A stretch of DNA of 55,723 nucleotides, filler included, from Sphacelaria rigidula (GCA_964200075.2; 4 parts of 4 records of this genome joined end to end with filler, not necessarily neighbours in it), one strand, 5' to 3'; shown: positions 33,801-47,679, numbered from the whole stretch's first letter. Made by a program: numbers and translations. The notes: generated from the letters alone by a model not told the origin.

Positions 33801-36800
33801 TAACACTGTACAACCGCGCAGACAAGATTTGACAGCATGAAAAGGAACCGAGGTAGATATGGCGCACGACACACAAGCTCCTTGTAGCGTACAGTTCGAT
33901 GCAAACGGGAGAGCCAGCGCGGAATGATCTTGCCTCGAGGAAGAATGGATGTAATCATGAACAATTCTTGGTTTTCAAGATGAAATTTCCCTGTCCCCGT
34001 CCCGAGGGAAATCACCTGATTCACAACCAAGCATAAACACGTCTGTACGGCAATGTCGATGCACAGTTTCTCGCTACAGCGGCATGCTGTGCACCCCACT
34101 TTGTGCCAGTACCTTGCTGCGCGCGAGATGGAGTGAACGTTGAGAGTAGTTTTATGGCAGCCTCGGGGATTTCTGGAGGAACTTCCATTTGACACTACTT
34201 GCAGAGAGTAACCACGACGGCATGCGAGCTGGGATATGGCTGGGTTATCGCGACCTACCAGAGTGGTTCCACGTCTGCCAGTGCCTCATGGAAGGATGTG
34301 CTTCGTCCCCGATATGGTTCAACATCTCCAACGATGGCTCACAGCGTTTCGCAATGGGCCCCACTATCCTCTCCGCCTTGGTAAGTCTAGATGGTGCATT
34401 GGAAGACTGATGATGGTAATCCCGGGAAAGAGGCACTCGGAGAGGGTGCAACGCGCGGTATGGGGAGTGCCATACGAGGATGACGAAGGCATAGCAGCGA
34501 AGTCCCCATACGGGCTAGCTAGGAGGATGGCTGTGATAGTGGTGGTCGTCGGTCAAGAGCCCAGACTATCGGTATCGGAGAAGAAGACGGCCATACGTCT
34601 GTCCTGAGATCCCAGCTCCTCAGAGACCGCACTGCACAACCAGGTTGCAGGCCGATGGTACAAGCACATGGCTGAGCTTGTCTATATTGGTATGATATTT
34701 CCAACGAAATCACGCGCAGCATTAGCGCTGCTGGGGCACGCCTCCGGAAGTATCGCTTTCAACTCTACGATCGATCCAACTATTTTCTATCGCTCAACGT
34801 TTAGTTGCTCAAAGTGGAGGTTGTGAAAGTTACACTATACGTGTGGACTGCGTGGACGCTGCGCCCAGAGGACTTCGACAGCCTGCGCACTGCCTTCCTC
34901 AAGCTTTCATCGTGAGAAGATGACTTTCGCGGGATGGGTGTACACAATATTCCTTCATACAGAACTGTGCTCAAGATGACTATTTGCGAACGTATGGAGA
35001 TGGACATCCGCAAGCCTCAGCTTTGGTTCGCGGGGGCTCTTGTTCGACAGGACCAAGCACGCGTCCCGAAGCTCATAATGTTCTGACGATTGGCCGTACG
35101 AGGGTCCAAGGAGGTTGGCCGGTCTTCGAAACGCTGGGGGAAGCGCTCCTAATAGAGCCTACGTGCCTCGGGGACTTCTCTACGTCAGGAAGAACGGAGG
35201 AAACGGTTCGTGAACAGCGTTGAGGCGAAAGACTCATAAGATTAGGTCACTTTCTCCTGAGGAGGTGGACAAATGGCACCTGGGGGGTCGAGAAGGACGG
35301 AGACGACTTCTGTGGCGACGCGAAGACAAATCTGGCTCACGTCACAAACGGAGGGCTCGTGCTCTAACAAGTCCCGTGAAGAGAACCTCAACCGCTGGCA
35401 CAACTACAGCAGCACCAGCCCACGAGGACTTTGATATGGATACAATCGAGAGAGTGACCCGCTTTGCTCCTGACAAGGGATGAGGAGGGAGGGGGGATGG
35501 GGGGGGGGGCTATACAGGAACTGATACTCTGGTCTTCTCCTATCGTCTGTTGATCTATCTACTTGGTTTGCAGCTCTACCGATGTTCCATAGCTATGTTT
35601 TCTCTTCCTGTTCTGCGTTGTATCTATGTTCCTTCTATTTTTTCCACCCCTCATACTGCTTCTTTTTCTTGCAGTTTCCGTGCCCTTTTCTTATTTCCTC
35701 TCATGTTGCCCTCTCTCTTCTCTCTGAGCTGTCAGTGTTGTTATCTCGCTCGTGCAGACCTGGCGGATGGGAAACCCTGCGCCGATAGTGCGGTTGCCAG
35801 ACGGCCTAGTCTCGCTTGCTCCACAACATTACTTTGTGTACTACATGGCCTCCTCACCCGACGCTCTGGCAGAGGGAGGCCTGTCCGTTTTTTCTTCTCT
35901 CACGCCCATCACTCCCGATTTTCACTCTTTTTTCGCGTTATGCCTAGTGACTAGTTCCATTTGGGCATGTCTACCTTGTGATTTGTGACCCCAGCTCGAT
36001 TCGTAGCGGGATCAGTTGATGTGTCAAAATGCACCACGGCAATCACGCCAACCGTGCTTTCGGCTCTACACTGCTCCCCAGGAACAAGAGTCGAGCTCCA
36101 AGATTCATGATTCGCCGTGAGATGTTTGTTTTGAATTCCGCCGCGAGATTTGCACCGACATCAAGGTTAACCGCACCGGTCGCACCAGTTGCACCAGTCG
36201 AACCTACTCACTCCACGTGTCTCGCTTGGTATGACGACGTCTGGAGGCAGAATTGGGAGTCGACGTCTGCTTGTCACAATGGTATACGTAACCCTTTTGA
36301 AGCACTGACTATATTGAAAACACTTTGTACGCCGACGGCGGTGCAGTGGGACCTGGATGGCGGCGTGATTGGACTGCCCCTCCTCGGCTGGGCGGATTCG
36401 GGAAAAACAAGCCACACCTCCTCGACCCCTCCTTCCAGCGAAGGAGATGATTTCATCCCGAGCCAGCCGCTCACAAGGTAGAGTCAGGCCTATGTTTTGC
36501 GAGCTTGCCTGCGTGGTGAGAAAAACGGTTTTGTTGTTATCCTGAAGGCCATGTTGTTGTATTGGATTATTTGCAGGAAAAAAAACTGCCCAACGACGAA
36601 TGAAGCGCAGCACAGGTTTGTTTTTCCCGATGCAGGATGTTCCTTGTGTTAGATTCCTCGTGCTATTGCCATTGACATCACTGCCAACTGTGACGAACAA
36701 TTGGCTACAGGTACAGGACGGCCGGTTGCATGTAGAGGACGACAAAAAAATAATTAGCCGCGTGATGTTTTTCTTGCCAGCGTTGTGACACTGTCTTGAC

Positions 36801-39800
36801 CATTTTTGCCTATCGCTGTAAACGTTTGTCGCCCCCAAACGTGACGGCCTGTTCAAATATGACTGCACTTGAGTGATGCGCGGGAGGGCATCCGAAACAT
36901 GGCCAGGACTGACTATTGTGTGTAAGGTGACGTCCGGAATCATGGCGCTCGCATGTGCGAGAGGTAGCGTCCCGAAAAAATCCTGCTCTTTGCGTGTCGA
37001 ACGTTAGTACCACGTTCGGGTGTCGTCCCTGTACACGTGATGTAATGTGTAGGAGGTTGAGCAGCAAGACGAAACAGCCCATTTCGGAAGAAGATCAAGA
37101 GTTCTTCGACGCCATGGAGGCGAACATGAGAAGGAAGCAGGTGTGTACGGGTTGGAGACCATGAGAAGAAAGCAGTTTGTATGAATCTCCGTTGCTGCTT
37201 CCTGGCGACCTCTTTACCCTCAACGTTGGAAGAATATTTGCTGCTTCATGTACCAGAAGAATCGGTAGCACCCGCTGTGTAACGGGTCGGGGTACTTTGA
37301 TCCGTCGTTGGAACCAGTGACTTTGTAAGGGCCCATTTTAACGAGACAAGACTAGCGAGAACGCACCGTGAGAGTGATGGTGATTGTGGTGTTTTTTCTT
37401 TTTTTCATCCTTCCGATTGGTTGCCCATCAGCTCTCAACCAATCGGAAGGACATGAGAAATGAAGAATAGTGAAAAACGTGAAAATCACTTTCACTATCA
37501 CGGCGCGTTCTCACTTTTCTTCTCCCTTTGAACGATTGACCTTGCACGCTGGTTGTAATGATGAATCGGCAATAAACAGTGGGCGTGACGATTCCGAAAT
37601 CCGGGTATAGCGATTTGCACGGTGGCGTGGTGTTTGGTGCAGCTATCAGTCGGGATTCCTCCGAGAACACTCGACGTGCGTTTGTTGGTCGCCACATTTG
37701 GTCATTCTCGAATCGTCTTGTGCATGACAGAGCTACGGAGGCCCAACTCCGCCCTCGCCGGAGCCGCACCAATGGTCCAACTTCATTGGTGGCACCTTGA
37801 ACACTGTCAGCCGAGAGCATAAGCCGCACTACATGTTCAGGACCACTCCGTACATCGACATGGACATTTTGCACAAGCACATGCAAAGGTGAGCGCACAC
37901 ACCGTTGCAGCAAATAGCGAAATGCACTCACTGACTGTGGTTTTGCTTGCGTGTATCCCCATCGTACTGTAAAAGGTGTACACTGTTGTACTGGCACTTG
38001 TACTGTATACGGAGTATTCTGTACTGGGCGTCAAGAGACCACCATGCCAGTGCTGTCCACTGAGTGAGCTCAGATACCTGACATTGTGCCGCATGTATAT
38101 TTGGAAGAAATTTAGACAACTGTTGCGCTCGTGTCCGTGCGCGTCACGATTTTGTTGTGGAATTGTTACAGCCAACAGTCTTTTTCCCTACTGCGGGAAT
38201 AGTCCCGTGCTCTCTGCGTAGGGATGAACTTGATCACGAAAGATGGTTTCTTCTGTGTGGCCTGTATTCTACTTGTTTTTGTACGCATGTGTTGCTTTGT
38301 GTATTCTTATCAGGAGAGGTACACGTCCGGCGAAGGGGCCGCTAAGGAGGAGAAACAGCTGGGCTAGCGTTGAGCTGTGTCTTGCCATAGATGACCTGGA
38401 CGTACAGGTGCATGTGTGATGCAGGACAGCAACCGCACGTGGATCTCATCTGTTGGAAATGACTAAACGAACGCCTCGACAGGCATTTGGGGGCGAGCGG
38501 TTCTCACGCGTAGGGCGGTCGGGCACAGTATGTGGTCCGCAGCTCGAGGATGCGCTTGCCAAGACGGACGCATGTAGTGCGCAGGCATCTGCACGATACA
38601 ACCACTCCTTGGCCGAATAGACGGTGACCTTGTGTCCATGAAAATCAAAGGAAAAAGTCGCCCTGAGCTACATAGCATGAACCCCTCGGTGTATCCACAA
38701 AAACTGTTCACCTTTCCAGCAGCAATGTCATAAAACTGCCATGTTCAGCAGTAAACGCACACCATTTCTTGTCACACACCCCTCCCTCAACAGTAGGAAC
38801 GGTGCTCCGTCTCGAAAGGTATGCGTGGTCAATGGTCAAACGACTAAGGCAAGCAAAAAATGAGTACGCCCCTACCCCCCCCCTGTTCCTGCTCACCCCG
38901 CCCCGTCGGCAAAACAGGGCATGATAAAGGCGACGTGCCTAGTGTTGCATCATCATATATGCGAGGGCTGCGCCATGTCCTGGCCTATCAACCCACGATT
39001 CAACATCTTCAATGATCCTCCACAGATGGAGGGAAGTAGCTCCTACGGCCACGACTCCAAGCGTAGTGGTGGCCACTGCCGCCATAATAGCGGGGGGCGT
39101 AGCAACGGCCATTTCGATAGTAACGGATGTGGCGGCGAGAGGACTGGACAGAAGGGTCTGCCCCCGCCCACGTACAGCGAGGTATGTGCGATTCATGACA
39201 TATCGCTGGCTCATAGGGTGCTCGCGCCTTCGATTAGGATGCACAGTGTGATATGGATATATAGTGAAGTTACCACTGTCAATGGGTTGCTGTTGAATAG
39301 AGTTCGGCGTTCGTGATGGTTCCAGTTTTGGGGTTAGGTTTAGGGTCGAGGTGAAGGTCGGAGTGCTTGCCTTAAGACGGGGTCATGAAATATGACGGTC
39401 AATACTCATATGTTTTTGTGCCATGGTCGGCCGGACGGAGTGTTTTCTCGACGCAACCGCAGCAATCGTTACCACAACACAGAGCAGTTGCGATCGTACA
39501 TCCCTCGAGGTTCCTGTGTCGTTGAATTCACTTTTTTTGTAATCGTCACGTGTCTGTTGTTTCTGCACGTAAACATCTCGTGTAGGTGCTGGAGTTCTAC
39601 TCTTACGTGTTCAAGACCGCTCAGCTGGAGAAGGATTGCGTCATCATGAGCCTGGTGTACATCGAGAGGGTGCTGACGGAGACTGCCGGCAAGCTTCGCA
39701 TCTGCCGACAAAACTGGAGGTGATACAGGCAAATTGTAGGAAGTGGATCATGACGCGTTTGTCGTTTTCAGGGTTTGGAGGATTTTGCCCCCGTTCAGGC

Positions 39801-41230
39801 CTTTGTGTGTAGTTTGCTCGGTTTTGCTGGTATGAGAGAACGTGAAAATAATAATTCGAAGTGTGAAACAAACGATGCTCTGTGTGTTTTCGCAATTTTG
39901 GGCCTTACACCGTGCGGTTTGGTCCGTCACCACTCTCGTGGCGTGGGTCAGGTCGGTGATTCTGTGCGGGCTGATCCTGGCTTCCAAGATATGGGATGAC
40001 CTTTCGATGTGAGTCCTGTGAGCAAATCAGCTGTACGTGTCCCCCCTCAACTAGGCGTGCGAAGCCTGCCTTGGATATGTCTCTATTTTTTTTGCTATTT
40101 TTGCTCCACTAGTTCCCCACAGTTGTCTGTGGGCAGTGGAAAGCAGGAAGTACGTTGTCGTGAATGTGGAAATTCCCTCCCGTGATTACATGGCGCGCGG
40201 AGCTGGGGTGTATGATGCTGTCAGTCGGGCGTGTACACACCCGGCGGAAGTTCTGGTCGTGTCTCCAGGGCGGGAAAACAAGAACATGGACTTCCAATTC
40301 AATCAAATGAGCTATACCGTATGTGCTACTTCCTTGCCACAGCTCAATGGTCACCCACGGACAGCAGGTTTGTGCCCGGCACGTGCGAATGGCGTCATGA
40401 ATGTTCGCGTTTGATCGATCCTGTTTCCGCGTGCCGGGTTTTTAAATGCTGCAGGTGGAATTGTGACTTCAGCAAGGTGGGGCGCTGCCCTCTTCGCCGA
40501 ATCAACGAGCTGGAGGTGGCCGTTCTCCAGGTGCTGCAGTATAACGTACGTGTGGCCTCGTCGCTCTTCGCCAGGTATGTGCCGCTGTGCATTGTTGCCA
40601 TACTCTACGTGGTCGGAAAATCGTTGTACAGTGGTGTTGGCGTGGGAACGTACCGGTGTCTTGTCGTGGTTTTCTCGATGTTTTCTGCTGAGTTCTGTGT
40701 TTTGAAGCTTCTGCAATACCCACCCAGGAATTGTGAGAAAACATCAATGTTGGTGAGTGCAGTACTGTGTTTCGGCAATGTAGGGAACCCAATAACGCGG
40801 TTCGCCGATATCTCAAGGTGAGTGGTTGTGCCCAAGCGGCAGCATGATCTGCCGAAGCCACAACCCCCTCTGCACCCTCGCACCCTGTTCCAGCTACTAC
40901 TTCCGATTGCGGCACTGGTGCATAATGCTGGGAGTGGAAACCCCGGGGCTGTATGAGGCGTCTCCACCTAGGCGACGAAGCGAGTCTCTAAAGGCCACCG
41001 AGAAGTTGGCGATAGAGGAGGCGGCGGCGGCGGCAGCAAAAGCCGCCGCGGCTGCTTCGAGGACGATTGTGGAAACGGACGGAAGGGTTGGGGTGACACT
41101 GAGAGAGGCGGCAGCAAAAGCGGCCGAAGAAGCCGCGATAATGGACGACTTCGCTGATGGGGAGGGGGGAGGGGTGACGTCTACTAAGGAGAGGGATAAC
41201 TTGCTGCAGATTGGCGGGGCGGCGAGGTGA
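30852..41230 (+). CDS. CCNY: Cyclin Y-like (CCNY/PHO80-related) cyclin, 10 coding exons, ~482 aa
   Basis: Exons 30852-30917, 36347-36477, 37053-37140, 37731-37888, 38314-38407, 38918-39181, 39586-39719, 39952-40008, 40455-40574 and 40894-41230 are all GT-AG and phase-compatible (1449 nt). Cyclin box: AQLEKDCVIMSLVYIER...NWRSVILCGLILASKIWDDLSMWNCDF...INELEVAVLQVLQYNVRVASSLFASYYFRLR. N-terminal MGNDAS fits the myristoylated MGN start of cyclin Y. The first four exons rest mainly on splice and phase logic. Confidence 0.88.
32483..32579. mobile_element. 97-bp piggyBac-like MITE
   Basis: TIRs cccttagaccgcgag / ctcgcggtctaaggg; flanked by TTAA on the left and TTAC on the right. Confidence 0.85.
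34170..36028 (+). mobile_element. 5'-truncated, decayed RTE-type LINE within cyclin intron 1
   Basis: HDGMRAGIWL...EWFHVCQCLMEGCASSPIWFNI is a degraded QGLRQGCVLAPLLFNI; RAVWGVPYEDDEGI is a degraded YADD motif; also LSVSEKKT and TLRPEDFDSLRTA. A CT-rich 3' UTR and a gaccccagctcga...cagttgatgtg tail follow. Ends approximate. Confidence 0.85.
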
Positions 41231-41690
41231 GACGATTCGTCGATGCGTGCGGCGGGATTCCGTGTGTCGTTTAGTGTTGGTGTTGGCTTGTGTATGGCCG
41301 TGTGCGCGTTGGATATGTTTGACTTGAGTTAGGGGTGAAGGAATCAGTGCGCAGGGTGTTGCCTATTTGATATGCTCTGCTAGTTTAGGGGTCTCGGTGG
41401 CTCTGTTATTGTCATCTATCCACTTGCTTTTAGTTTGGCTGTCAAATGCGATGAGAGTGGGCATGTCTTCTTCCCTGCGGTAGCGGCACCCACGTTTGCT
41501 CATGTTGTGACTTGTGAACCACCGCGCCTCGGTCGTGACGGTGGCATATACGTCAACACTATTTTTTAGCCGGCCTGTGTGGAATATCTCGACAGTAGAT
41601 TCTTGTTTTTGGTTTGGTCGTCCGAAAACGCGAGAAGGAGAGTTGGCATATAATTGGGTGATGGACGACGGGCTGCGATAGTGGTGGTAG

Positions 41691-41769
41691 CACACCCTGG
41701 ACAGTAGATTACATTGTCAAAAGTTATACTGCGTACAGTATAGAAATATCTAATGTTTAATGCAATAGG
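41691..41769 (+). mobile_element. Second, gap-truncated copy of the 21224-21361 MITE
   Basis: cacaccctggaca...gtcaaaa...tactgcgtacagtat matches 21224-21275. Confidence 0.8.
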
Positions 41770-44700
41770 NNNNNNNNNNNNNNNNNNNNNNNNNNNNNNN
41801 NNNNNNNNNNNNNTTAATTAATTAANNNNNNNNNNNNNNNNNNNNNNNNNNNNNNNNNNNNNNNNNNNNCCGGTAGGGGTCACCGCCCGCAACGAGCGGG
41901 GCGGGGGTGGCCGGTGTGTCCAGGGCGGCGGGGAGGGGGGGGGGGGGGGGGGGGAGTCGCTAGTAGGTACCGCATTGCATCGCCATAGCCTGCGATACAC
42001 ATACATAATATCGTGTGGCGTACGTGACGTGATACTCCATCAGAAGCGGGCGCCCGACCCAAGCGCAACGGCCATTCATCTGGAGGATGACGGCAAATGT
42101 GATCGAGGAAGTACGTGTACACTTGACCAAAGCTTGATCTCGTCATATTAGGCTGCATGGTATTCCAAGTAGCATGTAACATCCTCAACCCCAGTCAACC
42201 CTTGATTATGGTTACCTCGTGGTAGATATGATGATTCTTGCGCTGGCTCTTGCAATGGCGTCAAACACCTTCGCAGTCCACGGACCAGATTTCAGACACC
42301 CTGGGCCCTAACGAGAACAAGAGCAAAAACACCACCAGCATAACAGACGAAGCAAGTTGGTCTCCTAGAAATCTCCTCAGCTGCTTCGCTGACCGAAGGT
42401 ATCGTGGGTACGGGTAGCCCGTAGATTTCCCTATCCTCATCACTATAGTTTACGGCGGTGATTGGAGGAAGACCAGGTGTTGAGGTTCACAGTAATACAT
42501 GGTTCACACGCAGTTTGCTGAGTTGCTGATTGGGAGAATTAATGATCCATCTCCGAGCAAGCCGTCTCTAACGTAGACCAGGAAAACAAGATGGCCGGAC
42601 GAAGCGGGCGTTCTCGTATCACCCTGATCGAAGTGATTATGCTCACGAAGCCTGCGCATAGACAGTGTTTCAGACTGAGTCTTACAGTTCATAACTAGAA
42701 CGATCGGTGATCGGGTGGCGGCAAAATGGAACATGATGTGAGAGAGCGCACCTTGCTCGGTACTCGACCTTCAGAATATTATAAAAAGTGACATTTTCAA
42801 AGTGTGGCACGCTCCATTACGTACCATCAAAGTCCGCGTTATTTGGCCGAAGACGCTCTGTGAATATGTACAACCGAACCGATACATGGTACGCCACTAT
42901 ACAACAACAGTACGACTCTAATGAGCGTCCGTCTATATCTCCCCTAATATTGCGACCAACTCAACAAATTCGAGCGTACAATGACTGTGGGTGGAAGTAG
43001 GATCATCCAGGTGTAAATGAGGAGGAGAAATTGCACACAGTAAGGATGCTTCTTATTACGACTCGATGTTTTTCGAGTGTTATCATTGAGTTTTGGGAAA
43101 ATTGACCGTTATCGATCCCAAAATAGGAACATCGGCACTTGGATACTATAGTCAACATCACCTCACCGATAGAGCTCCCGAGATCTACTTTTTCGATTCG
43201 CTAGATTTCCACTTCTTGTAAGTGGCCACTTGCCGAAAATCGAACTGAAAATGAAAAAACATGGACACCATATAAGAGGTGACACGTTTCTCAGTTCCGA
43301 CTTCGTCCACCCCCCCCTGCCCCCCCCCGGTCCCCTGTTCGGCAATGAAGGAATACTTGAAACATTGGCCGAAAATCCCCCAACAAACAGTATAAAGCCC
43401 ACTGAAAGCAGCTACATCAGGTACAAGAATGGTCCAACGGGTATGTAGAGCAATCATTTGGCTAGCTTATGACTCTACCTACATCATTTCGACACGCGTG
43501 GGGTGGCCTCAGGCCACTCCACAACTCAGCCACCTCACATGTTTCATTTTCCACATCAGTTCGATATTCTGACTCGCGATCAACTCTAATCAATCTCTGG
43601 GGAACACTGCATGTCCTTGCTCCAAGCCCAGGAATGTGCTTCCAACACACGAACCAATTCAGTTTCAGAGGTCGGTCTACATCTAGTCGCTCTATTAATT
43701 GGATCTAGATTGCCCTCCAATAATTTAGGCCCCACACTTTGACCTATCTGTTCATCCGACATCACTTTCACTTGACAAATGTTTCGAAAACTCACACAAC
43801 CCACCCAGGCGGACGGGTAGTTAAGTGAAACATTGGCGTGTTGTTCGTTTTTTCACTCATGTGTCACTCGTTTGACGATGTGTAAACTTGAAATGTTTTG
43901 CAAAAAGCACCAAACTTTTCATGTCCCGTTGAACTTTCGCAAGGGTCGGACGAACTAATGATTCGTCCGGAAATGACTTGATTTCAGTGTGATTGATTCG
44001 CACGGTACGAATCAATCCTTACGCTTTGTTTTCAGCGTTGCAACCCGGGTACGCAAAGCCCAGGCACGTGGAATGGCGCAAACGTTGCGTGGAAAACTGT
44101 TTGACGAGCGGTGGATTTTTTTCTCTCTTTCGATCAATCTGGCCTAAAAAATCGTGGAGTTGGTTATTCGAACCGGCGAGTGTGCGAAATCCAGGAGCCT
44201 AGCGAATGAGAAAAGTGGCTTAGGGTCCGCCACGTGAAGTGATCCAGTGTCCGACCGATGCGGCGACGTTCCCTGACATGGGGTCAAAAAGTGACTAAAT
44301 GTGCTGAAGCTAAAAAAAACGGGCAAAACAATTCAGTCTCCAATACATGTAAGCACTGTTGCCTCATAACTCAAAGTTCCGGTCCAAGTTATCACATCTC
44401 GTTAACAAGCTGTCTGACCCTTCCTCATTAAAGATTCAAATAGTTTGGCGACTAACTGCTACGAACGGCCCATTTTCTCCCCAAATATTGAAGCTCAATC
44501 AAAGAAATACTGCAGAATATGACCGCACGAACACTCGAAGTCAACACAAAAATAATGGTGATAAATGAACCTGTTTCCACGTTAGGACTCGGAGTTTCTA
44601 TAGGAACCGAGTTTTATCCGCCATTTGGTCGTCCAGTAACTCTGGAGGGTATACGCAACGACCGTACTTCTTCGCTAGGCATCGCCCTTGTTGCAAGGAG

Positions 44701-46126
44701 TCAGGGGCAGTAGTCGCCGGAGACATCGTTTTTCAGCAACGATTTCGCTTGCGTAGTTCTCAGGATACCATATGCTCATGTTCTTCGCGTGCCACATTGC
44801 GTGTTTTGCTAGTTCAATCGCATACACCCTATTGAGACCCGCACAACGAACTGCAGCGAAATCAAAATAAAAACAAGATAATCAACAATCGAATCAACAC
44901 TAACACTGAGTTGATTCACCATCCTAGCGTGCAGACATATGACGTACATCGTTGGGTGGAAAGCGGCGAAACTTCATATCGGCGGTTCAGGTCATTCAAG
45001 TACCGTCTTGAAAATAGTACAGCCCCTATTTTCTCTGGAACCCTTGGAACGGTCGTAAACTTGATACCAAAGGCCCGGTCTTTCCTGGAGCGGTATTAGA
45101 TTCAAGCTGTTCAAGCGCACTGATCACATCGCCTAAAAACACCCAAGCCATGAAGATCGGTNNNNNNNNNNAGAGCCAAACCTGCTACGGAGAAATATTC
45201 TGCGTTTAAGAAATATTCCACGTTATATCAGAGCGCAAGAGCGTTTTGTACTTCTAAACACTGTTGCCAATACCGTGAGATGTATAAAAACAAAAAATAC
45301 GAACTTTACCTTTGTCTGGTGGGGGGATACATAGATGTAAACGCTATATCTTGTTCATGTGCTCAGTAGGTACGTTAGGGTGGAAGTCTTCTTGTCGAAT
45401 TAACTTCACTTCGTTGAAATTTCCCCTGTAGGGTTGGGTGTAGGTAGGGATTATAGAAGTGCAGAGGGCATTTAGAAAAACACTGGGGCGGAACGAAACG
45501 GGCTTCGGACGGAATGTAAAGTCGCTACGAAAAATAATTTATAGCACACTCAAACAACGCGGTGATGGAAAATCCACGGTAAAGCCGTCAAGCAAAGCAA
45601 TCGAGAAGACAATGAAGCGAGAGGGGATACGAGAGGCTCGGGTGACTACTTGTGACAAGCCAAGACCGCGACCTGTCCGCGGTTCTTTGATGAGGACGAT
45701 TTCGAGGGCATCGACAATAATAGCGTATCACCCTTCAACCATTCAACACTATCGAAGCGTGAATAATCACAATCATCCTCAAAAATCACCAAAATTAAAG
45801 TCTCGATTTTTTTGTTGTCTCCGTGAGACGGGGCCTAAAAATCTACCAAGCCTTCTCTTTCGACGAATGCGTGAGCTCTGCCGCATTCATCGTCTTTTTC
45901 ATCAGTGTTCTTAAATATGTCCCCGAAATGGAGGGGGGCAACATCCAACATGTTTGCGGGGTGTCTTATGGAATGAATTTCGACCCTCTTCATGATGTGC
46001 ATGAGCTCAGCAGCGGAAACACGGCAACACCCGAAGGGCGGTACGGCGGTACACAAAGAGGCAGGACCTTATCGACCTTCTTCATGGGAATCGCTGCAGC
46101 ATTGTATCTTGCCTCTGTCCTCTCAC

Positions 46127-46387
46127 CTCATCCATGTCACAGTAGAAGTCGTTGCCGCAGCCTGGTGAGCATATGGTCTGCCGTGGCCACACGTTCCAGT
46201 AGAAGCGATCCAGCACCATAACAACAGTCACAAGCAGCCAAACCCCGAGGCATACATAGCGAAACACCTTGCTCCGGTTTTTGAAGGAAGGCACGCAGCT
46301 TGCACTTGTTCCTGTTGTAAGCACAGAGCTTGGACATGAACTATCGATGGGGCTCTCGGATACATAGGATGAGTGTGACGTGCCCAC
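46127..46387 (-). CDS. Orphan exon encoding a transmembrane helix plus a Cys-rich loop; gene unassigned
   Basis: KVFRYVCLGVWLLVTVVMVLDRFYWNVWPRQTICSPGCGNDFYCDMDE ends at a strong donor (GAG|gtgaga); candidate acceptor ctccag ends at 46388. Downstream exons not found. Confidence 0.45.
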
Positions 46388-46714
46388 CTGGAGAGGTTGT
46401 GAACGTGACAAGGCGTACCGTACAACATGAACTGGATCAGATATACCTGCCGGATATTTGGCCTACACAAGGGGAAGTGGTTTATGGAGGAGAGGCGTCC
46501 TTTTACGCGTGGCCGTATATCGCGAGTGACATGCTCTTTCCTCATTTTTCTTCGAGGCGCGGGTGCCGAGGAGCCCCTCGATTGATGTGCGTGAAACATT
46601 TGGAGCGAGAACGGTCTAGATTGTGCGTTTTGCTGCTTTCGCATTTCTGGTCTGTTTCCTACCTTTCTTGGGCAAAAACCGAGGAGGTATACCTTTTCTA
46701 GGCAACTGCCCTTG

Positions 46715-46715
<1 letters not shown>

Positions 46716-46768
<53 letters not shown>

Positions 46769-46790
46769 CTACTACTGCTATTTGTATCGC

Positions 46791-46824
<34 letters not shown>

Positions 46825-46846
46825 CGTCGCCGCCGCCGCCGTCGTC

Positions 46847-46881
<35 letters not shown>

Positions 46882-46885
46882 AGTT
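46716..46885 (+). repeat. Compound trinucleotide microsatellite (CAT)n-(GTT)n-(GCC)n-(GCT)n
   Basis: Read directly; it explains the homopolymer ORFs on both strands. Confidence 0.95.
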
Positions 46886-47679
46886 ATCATTATTTCCCTT
46901 CATCATCGTATTTCCACACATCGGCCCGATCTCTCGAACCCGTGGTCACAGACGTAGGTTCGCCTTTCCCGTACCCTCACTACAATTCCTTACTTGAGAT
47001 AAAAGCGCATATTGAGCGGCTTTTCCTGAGACTTCAAAACTAACAAAATGAAATAACAGGAGGGAGACTTGAACAAACCAGAAGCAACACCCCCTCCCTC
47101 CCCCCGGATTGGGTCGGGCTGTGGTAAATAACAAGTCAGATCTACCAATAAAGCAAAGAAACTCGAGATATGTAGCGTGAAGTGAAACAAAAAAAGTAAG
47201 CCAGGGGAACATACGAATACCATGCGAAAGTCAGACGACATCCCAAGGTACTCATGGATAAAAGCAGCAGCGCTTTCACGAAGACGGCAGAGGCACCAGC
47301 GGGCACACCACGTGATGGGTAGTCTGTTACGTTTCGGCGACCTTCAATAGACACAGACGGAACTCTAGCGGTAAGACGCCAAAAAGTTCTTTTGCACCGC
47401 ACCGGTTGGTCCCGTTCACTTGCGTGGTGGTCCAGGCTGTCATGTACATCTTACTTGACCCCTTCCTCTACGACCCGGTACCGCTCGGGAACATGTTGAG
47501 CAATCTGTGTCCATGATGTCGCGTCCATCACGAAGTCGGAGCGGCAGTACTCAGTGACACTGTACTGTGTTGTAGGCGTCTTGCGGATCGCCCTACCCTT
47601 TTCCCTCCAACCATCTCTCCGCGCAAGACATGTTAGAGAGGCGTTCGTCACGCATACGCGGGACGCGGTGATCACGAGA

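Noticed and set aside
33005..34195. Minus-strand ORFs of 100-200 aa in cyclin intron 1
   Set aside because: No recognisable motifs; probably decayed repeat sequence.
46228..46957. Poly-D/T/A/H/L/S ORFs
   Set aside because: They are produced by a compound trinucleotide microsatellite.
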